DNA of 64,000 bases from Chiloscyllium plagiosum (taxonomy: Eukaryota), in the NCBI RefSeq assembly GCF_004010195.1, contig NC_057719.1:16635532-16699531 (forward strand), read 5' to 3'. Shown piece by piece: positions 39,192 through 52,428 of this stretch. Within the stretch, counting starts at the first letter, position 1. Each line of letters starts with the position of its first letter. The notes under the pieces are model-generated. The model was given only the letters and a program-made list of their open reading frames with translations, did no database searches and was not told the origin of the DNA. A program made the translations under genes and the position numbers.

Positions 39192-39899
39192 CACTCCAAT
39201 CCCAACTTAATCAGTCTGTGAACATTGTTGTGTGACCTCCAGAACCCTTTCCCAGAATTCTGCAATGCCTGTGTCCTTCAGACAGCTGCTTGCGATCCAC
39301 TAATTTTAGAAGGAAAATCTGACGGAGCAGCTTCTCAGACCTCTCAGAGCTCTGTCCCTTGCTTCGGATAATGAGGAGTTTGCCACATGCGGTGAAACTG
39401 TTTCTATAATGATCAGTCCTGGCCAGGAACACAGGCGGTCATCATAGTCATCAACTTTGCATGTGATCAAATCGGATTCATTCATTTGTGAGGCCAGATG
39501 GTCATTACAGCTGTGCCAGCCACTGTTTGAAATGTTCGTGATCTAGAGGTCAGGATGACAAATTGGCAAATTGTAGATGACCTGGGAGGGGATGGGGAGG
39601 AGAACATTTAGTAGTACAGGATGGTTGCTGAATGTTGGGAAATGTGATTCAAATTTTAATACTGCAATATTATCAGGACCGCTGTCCTGAAATTGTTGAA
39701 GATAAATACTGACATCCCATTTTCAAGTTTGAGAAAGTACATTTAGTTTTGAGCCAAGGTCTCTGTGTCTGTATGGGAGGGATCTCTGTACATTTTTAAC
39801 CGTTAACTTTCTACTCAGTTTCTTGACCTGCTGCCAACAAGTGCACCAGTTTTCCCAGGTGAGAATTTGGATTCAGTCCTCCTATACCGGGACTATGCC

Positions 39900-40300
39900 A
39901 GTAATATCATTTAGAAGTATTTGTATTCCAACTTCCATTACATTTCATCTCACCATCTCGCTGATCTACATTTGCCCCTAATCTGGTAATGCTACAACGT
40001 TTGAGGTTTTTCTCCCTGGTTTTCAAAATTGCTTTGGCATCCTCGAGCCCTCCCCAACATTCTAACCTCTTCCAGTTGAACAACATTCTGAGATTTTTGT
40101 GCTGTTCCAATTCTGGCCTCTTGGGTATCCTCAATGTATATCACTCCACTATTGCCAGCTGTACGTTCCAATTGTCTGCATCTTAAGATCTGAAAACCTA
40201 TCCCTCAACCTCTCCATCTCTTTACCCTCTCTCCTCCTTCAACATGCTTCTTAAAATCTACCCCAATGTCTCATCATGCTTTTGTATGTCAAATTATATA
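39900..40300 (+). mobile_element. L2-like LINE 3' remnant
   Basis: Pyrimidine-rich degenerate sequence similar to 2630-2780, 3280-3400 and 6050-6150. Confidence 0.45.
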
Positions 40301-43300
40301 AAACCCTGAAGCTTTGTTACAATCAAAAACACAATATTGCGTACATGGCACACAAAGATGCCATTCAGCCCAAATAGTCTCTGCCAGAACTTATGCACCG
40401 CTCAAGCCATTTTTCATCTTTTCTCATTTAAATGTTTTATTGTATTTATTTACTATTTTCTCAACTCCCTCTTCTCTTTTTTAAGCTTCCTCTAAATGCA
40501 TCTCTACTATTTGTTTCAGTAATTCTTTGGTAGCAAGTTTGTCAATACTTAGTGCTGAAGTTTCTTCCGAGTTTCTTGGTGACTGTCTTATATTGAGGGG
40601 ATCTCCTTGAAACATGTAAAATTCTGACCATGTTGGACAGATGTCCTGCAGGGTTGGCATTGGGAGAAGTCCAGAACAAGGAGTGATCTCCACAGGAAGA
40701 GGAGAAATGTCTTCAGTTGAGAAGCTGTAGAAGTCTCTGCCGCAGGAGGCTGTGGAAGACATCATTAAGTGCATTTCAGAAAAAAATGCACAGACTTCTA
40801 GATGCTAAAGTCATCAAAGGGTATGGAGAGAGTGCGGGAGTATGATGCTGATGCAGAAAGTCAGTCATGATTATATTGAATGGCCTCCTCCTGTTCCTAT
40901 TTTCTATATTTAACTTTGTAGCTACCGTATGAAAACCTTTTAATCTTTAATTTTTAAATCTTTAATTTTAAAGACCTCTATTACGTTGTTTTGGCCACTT
41001 CTGTGGATGACACCAATAACTTGAAGAGAAAAGATTAATTCCAGACTTAGATTAGATTGGACGACGATGTCAGAAAACAATCAAGATAGATTACAAAGGG
41101 TCCAAAGGTGATTAGTCATCATTGCTTCATGTAATTTCCATTATTTCTTCACCGCAATTGTATTTAAAATGTGATGTCTCTACTACCTATCTTGCAACTC
41201 AGCATTTCAGAAGTAAATTTGACCATTTGATTGCTTACATTTCGACATTCTTTTTTGCTTGGCTCTAAGCTGTTACCATGACGACACTTTAACGCTCTCT
41301 GAAACAGCTCATGGCCTTCTGGATCAGATTCCAGCCAATTCTGCTTGGAGCCTTTGTCCTTAAGCTAACAAAGCAGGCAGTTGAAGAGCACTGTTTGCCA
41401 GGGGGTTAAGTACAAAGCCTACCTGGGCAGCCTACGTTTCTCAGAATGACAGTTACTCTTTATTTTAAAAAGAAAGTTAGTCAGTTTATCTCTATGCTGT
41501 TTTACCCAGTTCAAAAACAAAAAAAAAACTTTTCAGTGAATGGTTAACTGATGAAAGTCCCCATTGTATATGTAACCATTATCTGACCGTACTTGTCTGG
41601 TCTTTAATTATTGTAATGCCTGACCGCAATGTCACCAGGGATTGAACAATACCCCTTTTAACCAAGTTCAGCACTGCAGTCTAATCAGCTCCACCACAAA
41701 CAGTTCTTTCATTGTCTAGTTAATAATATTCAGGACATGAGCTGTCATTTCCCATCAGGAGAGAGAATTTGCTCATTCGCAGGAGGATGCTTTTTCTTCA
41801 TTTTGTCTCACAGAAAGTTTGGTTTCTAATTTAAGAGTGCATCAGTCCTTCATTCTGATTTTAGAATGGCTGAATTCAATTGTAAGCAAATATTTAGGCA
41901 CTACAAAATTAAACTGACTAACTGTGCCAATATTGTAACACTGCCATGCACAATAAACAGAAAAAGCTTCTGTTTAAGTGAATGACTTTTTGTTTGCTGA
42001 CAGATAATCAGATTCAGCAGTGAGGCCCTACCAGTCACTGTCCAGAGAACCATGGCATTTGCCATGAAGTGAATAGGGTTGGTTACGTTGTGCAGTGAGG
42101 AAAAGGAATCGTCATCAGAGTCATTGTTATCTTTATAGCTATTGTTATTACCAGATAAGTCAGATCTCAAACAGAAACTTGGCTTGATAGATCATATTTT
42201 ATTTTGTTTTGGTTTTAATTAAGTGGTCTGTCACTGAAACGTAAACACACAATCCTGCAATATTTTGTTTTAACAACAAAACAGCAGTTTGTTCATAAGA
42301 GATTAAGATATTATAGAACAAACCAAACCATCTAATTATAATGCATATTCAAATGTCTTGAACACACGGTAAGAATGCAATGCCATTAATCGCAAAACCT
42401 TTCTCCTTAAAATGAAGGGAAAAATAAATAGGTTTTATATGTTATCCTTAAACACCACTCATACTATACTCAGACCAGTATCCCTGTTTCTAACACTTCG
42501 ATAGGTTGAAGTCACTTGTGACTTCAGCTTTTAGACTGGAACTGCAGGTAGCTTCTGGAGCTATCATACACCTGACATTAAAAGTACTCAGTTTTACGTA
42601 ATGTCTTCAGGGTTTTATCCGAACACTTCTGGTCAAGAACTAGCATTAAGTTTTTATTTTAAAGCAAACTAATTCACTATATCCCTCCTTTCTTGGGAAC
42701 AGTAGTCGAGAGAGATATCCTGTTCCAATGATTTCACAGGAGAGTTGAAAAACTCTAATTAAAACTAAACTATGGACGTTTCCCTTAAGCTTTAAAAACA
42801 CAAGTTCCAGAAATTTCTAATAAACCATGAGTCTCCATTATTTACCTTGCTTGTTCACAAAGCAATCAAAAATTAACAAAAAGGATCCATTAATGGCATA
42901 CAAACACATTCAGTCTAAAGCCAAGCCCAAAAAAAACTGTTCTAAAACAAATCACCATGGCTACAGAAATGCTGACAAATTGATTATTAACTTCAATTTG
43001 TCAACTTCACAGAAAACCCATAAATTCAAAAACCAGGAACCCAAAATTAGAATAGATGACATTAAATATTTACGTAAACCCCACCAAAAAAATGCTAATG
43101 CTCATGGTTGAAAGAGCAGATCTGGTGCAAGAAGCACGAAGTTTTTTTGTTATAATGATTTGTTCCGATTAGAAATAGACTGATAGAGAAGGAGTAATGA
43201 ATTAAATGGTCTTCTTGAAAATGAGTTGGATGGTTACTCAGAAAGGAATGGAGTGAGAGAGTTTGACAAATTGGATAGCTTTCTCAGAGCTGCACAGGAG

Positions 43301-43579
43301 GAGACCATTCAACCCGTTGTGCTTGGGCAGTGGAGTCAGGTTAATGGCATTTTAGTTTCATCAGCTGGCAACGAACGTGACAGTACCAGTGTAACAAAAT
43401 TCTGGCCAAGTACTGGAGAGGCTGTTGGTTCCTTGGGATCTGCTTCTTGCCCAAAGATGCAGGTGACAATTATCCCAGAGGGAGCAGAAGCTGTGTTGAG
43501 GTCTTGGTTGGAATGGGGCTTAGAAGCCAGGAATAATTTGACCAGCGCCCACACCCATGATTCTATTCCCCAACTTAAA

Positions 43580-43880
43580 GATCTTTTCCCCAGGGTAGGG
43601 GAGTCCAAAGCTAGAGGGCATAGGTTTAAGGTGAAGGGGCAACTTTTTTACAAAGTGGATAGTGCATATATGGAATGAGCCACCAAAGAAAATGGTCGAG
43701 GTTGACACAATTGCAACTTTTAAAACACATTTGGACAGATACATGGATAGGAAAAGTTTAGAAGCATATTGGCTAAATGCAGGCAAATGGGACTAATTCA
43801 GTTAGGAAACACGTTCGGCGTGGATGAGTTGGGCTGAAAGGTCTGTTTCCGTGCTGTATGACTCTGTAACTATGTTCTAT
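43580..43880 (+). mobile_element. CR1 3' fragment
   Basis: LFPRVGESKARGHRFKV plus CR1 tail. Confidence 0.85.
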
Positions 43881-44169
43881 GCTGATTTTTCTGGAATACA
43901 TTGATTTGATAATATTACTTATCTTGAAATATCAAAATCAGCAAAACTGAAGAGTAGGATTACTCAGGTGAAAGGAGTTTCCATACAGTTTAATCTGAGG
44001 AGATGGGAGCTGTAAGATTGAGGAGTTATACTGCTGCTCTTGATAGGAGGGTATAATTACATTAGATATGAGCAGACCTCACTATCAGATTATATAATGA
44101 AACAAAGATAACTCACAGGTGTGACAAAACATGACCAATGGAAATAAGATTTTGTGGAAAGCCAGAGAT

Positions 44170-44560
44170 GGGTGCGACAGCAGTGTAGTAGCAATGTCAC
44201 TGGGGAGCTGGCAGTTCAGAGGCCCTAACTTATTCTTTAGAAACATGGCATCAACTCCCAACAGAACAACTGGTGAAATTTAAATTCAATGAATAAAATC
44301 TGGAATTGATAGCTCTGTAATGGTGGCCATGAAACTATCATCGATTGTCGTAAGTCCTTTAGGAAAGGAATTCTGCCATCCTTAGCTGGTCTGGCCTGCA
44401 TGGGACCCCAGACTGTGTGTGCTTCAGACCCACAGCAAAGTGGTTGGCTTTGAATTGAACTCTGTAATGGCTGAGCAAGCCACTCGTTTCAAGGGCAATT
44501 AGAGACGGGCAACAAATGCGGACCTTGCCAGTGACACCATCACCCCATGAAAGAATAAAT
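44170..44560 (+). mobile_element. tRNA-type SINE family 2
   Basis: Matches the 7580-8245 body and tail. Confidence 0.7.
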
Positions 44561-45050
44561 TTTAAAAATGCCCAGTTTATAAGCTTTTTAGTAAATTATA
44601 AGGTCAAAGTATAACTATTATTGAAATATTGGAAATCAATTTCAAGTTCAGCAACCTCCCTAATCCTGCACACAGACCCACATAACCTGTTGTAGTGATG
44701 CTGGTTGAGGGATGAATATCATCCAGGGCACTGAGGAAAATTTGTTCTTCACTTCATCAGAATAATACCCACCCAAGGAAGCAGACAAGGATGACACTGA
44801 GACTGCTAGCGTAGATAACATCCTCCAAAGACTCTTCCATCTTCTCACTGGCATCCTGTTTTGTGTAGCTATAATGAGGAAATCCAGTTTAAACTTAATA
44901 TTCTACCGCTCGCTTACAGAGGAGCAACCAATGCAAATGGTATAGGAAGCCCTTCTGACTTTGTGTACTCCATGGGATTGAGTTCAAACATTAGACAAAA
45001 AAACAATAATTCATATTGTTGCTGAGATGTCAGTGCCTGAAATCTGTTTA

Positions 45051-46012
45051 NNNNNNNNNNNNNNNNNNNNNNNNNNNNNNNNNNNNNNNNNNNNNNNNNN
45101 NNNNNNNNNNNNNNNNNNNNNNNNNNNNNNNNNNNNNNNNNNNNNNNNNNNNNNNNNNNNNNNNNNNNNNNNNNNNNNNNNNNNNNNNNNNNNNNNNNNN
45201 NNNNNNNNNNNNNNNNNNNNNNNNNNNNNNNNNNNNNNNNNNNNNNNNNNNNNNNNNNNNNNNNNNNNNNNNNNNNNNNNNNNNNNNNNNNNNNNNNNNN
45301 NNNNNNNNNNNNNNNNNNNNNNNNNNNNNNNNNNNNNNNNNNNNNNNNNNNNNNNNNNNNNNNNNNNNNNNNNNNNNNNNNNNNNNNNNNNNNNNNNNNN
45401 NNNNNNNNNNNNNNNNNNNNNNNNNNNNNNNNNNNNNNNNNNNNNNNNNNNNNNNNNNNNNNNNNNNNNNNNNNNNNNNNNNNNNNNNNNNNNNNNNNNN
45501 NNNNNNNNNNNNNNNNNNNNNNNNNNNNNNNNNNNNNNNNNNNNNNNNNNNNNNNNNNNNNNNNNNNNNNNNNNNNNNNNNNNNNNNNNNNNNNNNNNNN
45601 NNNNNNNNNNNNNNNNNNNNNNNNNNNNNNNNNNNNNNNNNNNNNNNNNNNNNNNNNNNNNNNNNNNNNNNNNNNNNNNNNNNNNNNNNNNNNNNNNNNN
45701 NNNNNNNNNNNNNNNNNNNNNNNNNNNNNNNNNNNNNNNNNNNNNNNNNNNNNNNNNNNNNNNNNNNNNNNNNNNNNNNNNNNNNNNNNNNNNNNNNNNN
45801 NNNNNNNNNNNNNNNNNNNNNNNNNNNNNNNNNNNNNNNNNNNNNNNNNNNNNNNNNNNNNNNNNNNNNNNNNNNNNNNNNNNNNNNNNNNNNNNNNNNN
45901 NNNNNNNNNNNNNNNNNNNNNNNNNNNNNNNNNNNNNNNNNNNNNNNNNNNNNNNNNNNNNNNNNNNNNNNNNNNNNNNNNNNNNNNNNNNNNNNNNNNN
46001 NNNNNNNNNNNN
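45051..46012. other. Assembly gap
   Basis: N run. Confidence 1.
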
Positions 46013-46398
46013 CTGTTATTTCACTTTTTAGATTAGAATCAATCTAAACATCGGGTCATAGACAGAGAACACAGGGGGCTAACACCTTCAACATATTGTC
46101 TGGCTATCACCATTGGTACCGGCTAACCCGAGAATGCAACTTTTAAAAAAAGGGTTTTGTGATTTACACATGAAAGAAGTGAAACTATCACTGTATTCTA
46201 ACAGATGAAAGGCTTAACAGACAATCAATTTTTCAATGTATAATTTCAGTTACATCACACTGTAAATTTTTGCTATAAATTCTGTGTTACGATCGAGCCC
46301 TCCACTATCACCTGATGAAGGAGCGTCGCTCTGAAAGCTAGTGTGCTTCCAATCAAACCTGTTGGACTATAACCTGGTGTTGTGTGATTTTTAACTGT
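46013..46398 (+). mobile_element. PLE family D 3' region next to a gap
   Basis: Ends in the terminus shared with 2791-3265; contains a hammerhead. PLE assignment rests on the ribozyme and architecture, since no ORF is seen. Confidence 0.7.
46309..46343 (+). ncRNA. Minimal hammerhead ribozyme motif (family D)
   Basis: CAC-CTGATGA-a-GGAGC gtc GCTCT-GAAA-GCTA-GTG, with stem I CAC/GTG and palindromic AGCT stem III. Confidence 0.72.
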
Positions 46399-46414
46399 GT
46401 AAATGAATGAAATG

Positions 46415-47030
46415 TAGGCTTTTGCTGCAAGGAAGATTGAATATAAAAGTGTGTATATCTTGCTCCGACTTGGCAGGGTATTAGTGAGGCCACAGATAAA
46501 GTACTGTATGCAGTTTTGATCTCTTTATTAAAGAAATACTATGGTTCTGTTGGAGGCAGTTCAGAAAAAGTTTTACTAGATTGATATCTCAGATGAAGAG
46601 GTTGTCTTTATGAGGAACGTTTGAGCAGGTTGGGCTTAACATGTTTCGAGTTTAGAAGGAGAGACAATCATTTTGAGACATATTGTTCCTCAGGATTTGA
46701 CAGGGTAGACACTAATGGGAAATTTGCCCTGAGATGAATCTACAACTAGGAGATATATATTCAGAAATAGAGGTCTCCCCTTCAAGACAGAGATTAGGAA
46801 GACTGTCTTCTCTCGGGATCATAAATCTTTGGAATTCTGTACCACAGGGATCCATGGATGCTGACTCAAAGAAATTTACAATGTTGAAATAGACAGATGC
46901 TTTTATCTACAAAGGAGCCATTACAGGAGACAGACAGGAAAATGTAACTAAAGCTGATCAGCCATTATCTTATTGAATGGCAGACTAGGCTTGGGGGTCA
47001 ATTGGCATATTCCAACTCCTATTTTTTAAA
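46415..47030 (+). mobile_element. Old CR1 3' fragment
   Basis: Degenerate ORF2 C-terminal motifs (ttagtgaggccaca, tactgtatgcagttttg, tatgaggaacgtttg). Confidence 0.65.
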
Positions 47031-47983
47031 ATCCTTACGATTTCCTTGGATAGTGAGTGAGCTAAATTAAGTATTCAAGGATTCACTTAAATAAACACAT
47101 TATTACCATGAAAACAGCTATTTCACTCCTCAGAGGGTGGATCTATTTTTCCTCCACACCAATTACAGTCAAGTAAGTGATTTCGGACTTTCACAGACAG
47201 AGTGGAATGAGAAACAGCATGAATATGATGGAAAGGATAGTGCCAATTTAATTTGTCCATCTCTGTTTCAGACCAACTCATTCCCAGAAATCAAGTTCAA
47301 ACAATTTGCCCCAATCCCTCAATCATGTTGCTCCCAGCAAAAAGCACGGTCAGTCATGCCAAGAAACCTTGATGTTTCAATGCTCTCTTCCCGCAAGCAA
47401 CAAAATGTACAATGGCTTCATAAAATATGTATATGAAATGCAATTCAAACCATGGAATTTTAATGGTACTTATTGATGATAAGTATTTATTGATGATAAA
47501 TAATTATAAATGATATATAAATATAACGCTGCTTTTTAATACAATTCTGCTTGCTTTTGATTTTGACTTAGTGTTTAGTTAAACATTTTATCAGACCATT
47601 GCATTGCCTGCTGCATTACACCTTTAATGAAGTATTTCTCATCTATCAGCTTTCATTTCTGTTCTTACACAATTACAATATAAATATAACTGGACAGTCA
47701 TGTTAATTTTTACTGTAACCTGATAGAGGGGTGTCTGCGCATGTTTATCAGGCTCCATTGCTAGGTGATGCTAGTTGAATTATGTAAACTATGGCAGTAC
47801 ACAGATTTGAATCCCACTAGACAATTTGTCCTGGTGCATATGAAATACAATGAAATATGGCTGTCCATAAATAAGAAGGTCCTGTGACCCCACAGCTTAC
47901 AAAAATGTGTGAACTGTTTATTCCTTAAGTAATGTTGGATTCCCAATGAGTTCATTTAACATTAAATGAAGATTAACATTAAG

Positions 47984-48112
47984 ATTCCTGAAGAAGGGCT
48001 AATGCCCGAAACGTCGATTCTCCTGTTCCCTAGATGCTGCCTGACCTGCTGCGCTTTTCCAGCAACACATTTCCATCTCTGATCTCCAGCATCTGCAGAC
48101 CTCACTTTCTCC
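47984..48112 (+). mobile_element. PLE family A terminal repeat beginning at the hammerhead
   Basis: attcCTGAAGAagggctaatgcccGAAACGTCgatt...ctcactttctcc. Confidence 0.85.
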
Positions 48113-48518
48113 TATTCATATACCCACCCAGATGTCTTTTAAATGTTGTAATTGTACCAGCCTCCACCACTTCCTCTGACAGCCCATTCCACACATGCAC
48201 CACCCTCTGCGTGAAAAAGTTGCCTCTTAGGTCTCTTTTATATCTTTCCCCTCTCACCCTAAACCTATGCTCTCTAGTCCTGGACTCCCCCACCCCAGGG
48301 AAAAGACTTTGTCTATTTATCCTATCCATGCCCTTCATGATTTTATAGACCTCTATAAGGTCACCCCTCAGCCTCCAATGCTCCAGCAAAAACAGCCTAT
48401 TCAACGTCTCCCTATAGCTCAAATGTCCAACCCTGGCAACATCCTTGTAAATCTTTTCTGTACCCTTTCAAGTTTCACAAAATCCTTCCGATAGGAAGGT
48501 AACCAGAACTGCACACAA
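48113..48518 (-). mobile_element. CR1 fragment
   Basis: ORF 48102-48422 RLRGDLIEVYKIMKG...FFTQRVVHVWN. Confidence 0.9.
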
Positions 48519-48706
48519 GATGACCAAGGAAAGAGAACTAAGTGGAATTGACAAGGATGATTGTTGGACTATGTAGTACAGAAGGCTGTTTGGCCCATTG
48601 TGTCTGGGCCAACTCTGAAAAAGGCCATCCAATTGGTCTCACTGCTCTTTCCCTGTAGCCCTGCAATTGTTTTTCCATGTTGATTTCAAGCAATGTGTTC
48701 CAGATT

Positions 48707-48985
48707 GGGGTGGCATGGTATCTCTGCCTCACAACAGGACCCGGGCTCAATTCCAGTCTTGGACGATGTCTGTGTAGAGTTTGTACGTTCTCCCTTGTGT
48801 CTGCGTGGGCGTCCTCTGAGTCCAAAGCTATGCAGGTTAAGTGGATTGGCCATGCTAAATTACCCATAGGGTCCAGAGATTTGTAGGCTAGGTGAAGTAT
48901 CCATGGGAAATGCGGGGTTACAGGGATAGAGGTGGGTCTGGCTGGGATACTCTTTGGAGAGTCGACGTGGACTGGATGGGCTGGC
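48707..48985 (+). mobile_element. Degenerate V-SINE
   Basis: gcctcaca...ccgggctcaattcc...tgtgtagagtttgtacgttctccc. Confidence 0.7.
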
Positions 48986-49948
48986 TTCAATGTTCTTTCA
49001 ACCAGCTGAATATGATGGCAATAGGACTGAAATGAAACTCGACTGCTCCAAGGAATTTAGCCCAAGGACGTTACATTTGAGCAAATTATTAAGGTCAGGG
49101 AGGCAGTCCCTGAAAGGTTGAAGGGAGCTGGTTAAATAATAAGTTTCAAAATGAGGTAGGATATAGGCTCGGACGAGGAAATTTCCAGGCTGTTTCTAAG
49201 TGTTAGCTCTGGCAAGGCGGCACAAAGGTCTTAAGAATTTTTGATTCAATTAACTTGAATTGTGAAGAGAAAACTTCAACTAACCATCTTTCAGATATGA
49301 AAAAAATTTTGGAAAAACGAAATTTCATATAGAATTCCATCAAATTTACAGCAGAGAAACAGGTCTTTCAGCCCAGATGATCTAAGCTGATACTTTTAAG
49401 ACCCACAAGCCTCCTTCTCCTCTCTTCGGTTAACCCCATCAACATATTTCTTTTCCCTAATGTGATTAATAACTTTTACTTATTTGCATTGGTAATATCA
49501 GCCTCAATTACTGACTGTGGTTGTTGGTTCCATATTCTCACTGCTGTCTGGATAACAGAGTATCTCCTTAATTCCCTAATTAGATTTGTTAGCGACTATC
49601 TGATTTATGATAGCCCTGGTTTTGGCCTCACACGTGGTAACGTTTTCTCTCCAGCTACTCGATCAAACTCCTTCATTTTCTGATAGGCCTTTGCCAGGCT
49701 ACTCCTCAGCCTCCCTTTTTCTATAGAATCCAAACTTTGGTGGAGCAGGGAGGCAAATAAGGTTGTAGTGAGCCGCAGGAGCAGAAGTATAATCTCTTAG
49801 TGGAGAACACAGCTCCAAACATCAGTGTTTAGGTGGAAGTATCACCCTGTGTGCTGCCAATCAAATGGTGACTTGTCTCCTAATTAACAGTCACAGTCAA
49901 CCACCCTACTCCTCACATCTTTGTGGACTGGACCAAAGGTAGCATGTA

Positions 49949-50580
49949 GGCAAATGTGAGGACTGCAGATGCTGGAAACCAGAGTTTAGATCAGAGTGGT
50001 GCTGGAAAAGCACAGCATCCAAGGAGCAGGAAAATTGACATTTCGGACAAAAGCCCTTCATCAGGAATAGAGGCAGGAAGCCTCCAGGGTGGAGAGATAA
50101 ATGGGCGGTTGGGGTGGGGGGGTGGAAGTGGGGTGGTGGTGCTGGGGAGAAGGTAGCTAATAGTACAATGGGTGAATGGGGGTGGGGATAGAGGTGATAG
50201 GTTAGAGAGGAGAGTGGGGGAAGGTAGCAAGGAGTACCTCATTGAACTGGTGGACTTCACCAGTTTCCTCATTTCCCCTCCCCCCACCTTACCTCAGTTC
50301 CAGCCTTCCAGCTCAGCATTGTCTTCATGACCTGTCCTACTTGCCAATCTCCCTTCCCATCTATCCACTGCACCCTCCCCTCTGACCTCTCACCTCCATC
50401 CCCACCCCCATTCACCTATTGTACTCTTTGCTACCTTCTCCCCAGCCCCACCTCCCCCCATTTATCTCTCCACCCTGGAGGCTCCCTGCCTCTATTCCTG
50501 ATGAAGGGCTTTTGAGGATTTTCCTGCTCCTCGGATGCTGTCTGACCTGCTGTGCTTTTCCAGCACCACTCTGACCTAAA
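49949..50580. mobile_element. Palindromic PLE family A insertion
   Basis: Inverted arms 49989-50240 and ~50400-50575; imperfect TSD caaaggtag..tgta. Confidence 0.8.
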
Positions 50581-51202
50581 CAAAGGTAGTGTGTAACCAT
50601 GTATACCAGGGCAGGAGTCTGTACTTTTACAAGAGGACATGATTTGCTGAAACAGTGTCCAACAAAAAAAAGGCCAGTGACAGTTTTTTTATTAAAAGCT
50701 TATTGACATGAATTTAATCCCGAGATCAAATACAATGACTGTCCTTACTTACCTATCATTCTTTGCTCTTTCCCTTGAGGCCATTTAGATCATGAATGCT
50801 TGAGTAGACCTGCTGGGCTGAATAGCCTACTTCTGCTTCTGTGTCTTATTGATCTGACAGTGCAAGTGTGAAGTTGGTTGTATCTGATACCTCCACAGAG
50901 AAGACAGGCATGGGTTACATGGAGACCTATGTACAGCAAGGGTAAACTCCCTGACTTAGGAAATTCAATCAAATTTAAACCCATTTTGAAGGATTATCAG
51001 TGCGTTAGACAGTTCTTTCTGCTTTTATGTTTTTCCAATCTTCCTCAAATACCTTTGAGTGTTTTACATCTTGTGTTTTACTTCATGCCCGTGATTCTGT
51101 CTGTTGCACACATACATCAGTTCTCCAGCCTTCACCTTTAACTTTTCCCAATTTCTTTCAAGGACTATCCTCCAGAGCACAGCTCGCACATTTTCACTTT
51201 AT

Positions 51203-51660
51203 AGAGATATACATCTTGGAAACAGACACTTCAGTTCAACTTGTCCACACCAACCAGATATTCTAACCTAATCTCGTCCTATTTGCCAGCACTTGGCCTA
51301 TATTCCTTTAAACTCTTCCTATTCATATACCCATCCAGATGACTTTTAAATGTTGTAAATTGTACCAGACTCCACCACTTCCTCTGGCAGCTCACTCCTG
51401 ATGAAGGGCTTTTGCCCGAAACGATGATTTTCCTGCTGCTCAGATGCTGCCTGACCTGCTGTGTTTTTCCAGCACCACGCTCTCGACTCTAATCTCCAGC
51501 ATTTGCAGTCCTCACTTGCATCATACACACACTACCCTCTGCATGAAACAGTTGCCCCTTAGGTTTCTTTGAAATTTTCCCCTTCTCACCCTAAACCCAT
51601 GCTGTCTAGTTCTGGACTCCCCAATCCCAGGGAAAACACCTTGTCCATTTATCCTAACCA
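51203..51660 (-). mobile_element. CR1 3' fragment with a PLE terminus inserted at ~51396-51520
   Basis: CR1 tail and C-terminus split by cctgatgaagggcttttgcccgaaac...gtcctcact. Confidence 0.85.
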
Positions 51661-52213
51661 AGCTTGCGAGATTGATCAGACCTTCGTATGCATTCAAGGT
51701 GAGGCATGTTAGTGTCAGGTGATATTCATTGGTGATGACTGAGCAGCTAGACTGAATCACTTGTTATTCCTGCAAGAAGGAGCAGCTGGATACATGCCAG
51801 TGCTTTGGGCTGTTGTGTTTTGGTTGATCATCTTTGGCTGAAAGTCTCTGTGCACATTTCGGGCATGTGCTGGTCAGTGCTAGTTGTTGGCTGTGCATCT
51901 TGATGCTGTCAATTGAAACGCATGTTGCTAGAGGAAGGGAATGAAGATTCAATACAGGATCACAAGGAAGAGTTTGGTTTGGATACTTTTAAGCCTGACA
52001 ATCTGTTTTTATACACACTGGACTAAAAAAAAGACATTTTCTGCAATGGGGCTCTTTAGCATTTCATTCTAAGTGATTAATGAAGGCCCTTAGCTGAAGG
52101 AGAAACAAATCCAATTCCCACTGTAACCCCAAACATAAGGCAGTATTGCAGTACAATGAGTCATATTGATCCTTCTGGAAGGTTCTGCTTTCATTGTTGT
52201 TTGCTTAAGTAAG

Positions 52214-52428
52214 AGCTGAAAATGTGTTGCTGGAAAAGCGCAGCAGGTCAGGCAGCATCCAAGGAACAGGAGAATCGACGTTTCGGGCATAAGCCCTTCT
52301 TCAGGACGTAACTGCTTATGCCCGAAATGTCGATTCTCCTGTTCCTTGGATGCTGCCTGACCTGCTGCGCTTTTCCAGCAACACATTTTCAGCTCTGAAC
52401 TCCAGCGTCTGCAGCCCTCACTTTCTCC
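52214..52428. mobile_element. Palindromic PLE family A mini-element
   Basis: TSD tgcttaagtaag(agct) at 52202 and 52429; inverted arms. Confidence 0.88.

Noticed and set aside
42143..43010. AT-rich segment starting with TG as a second solo LTR
   Set aside because: No TSD or defensible right boundary found.
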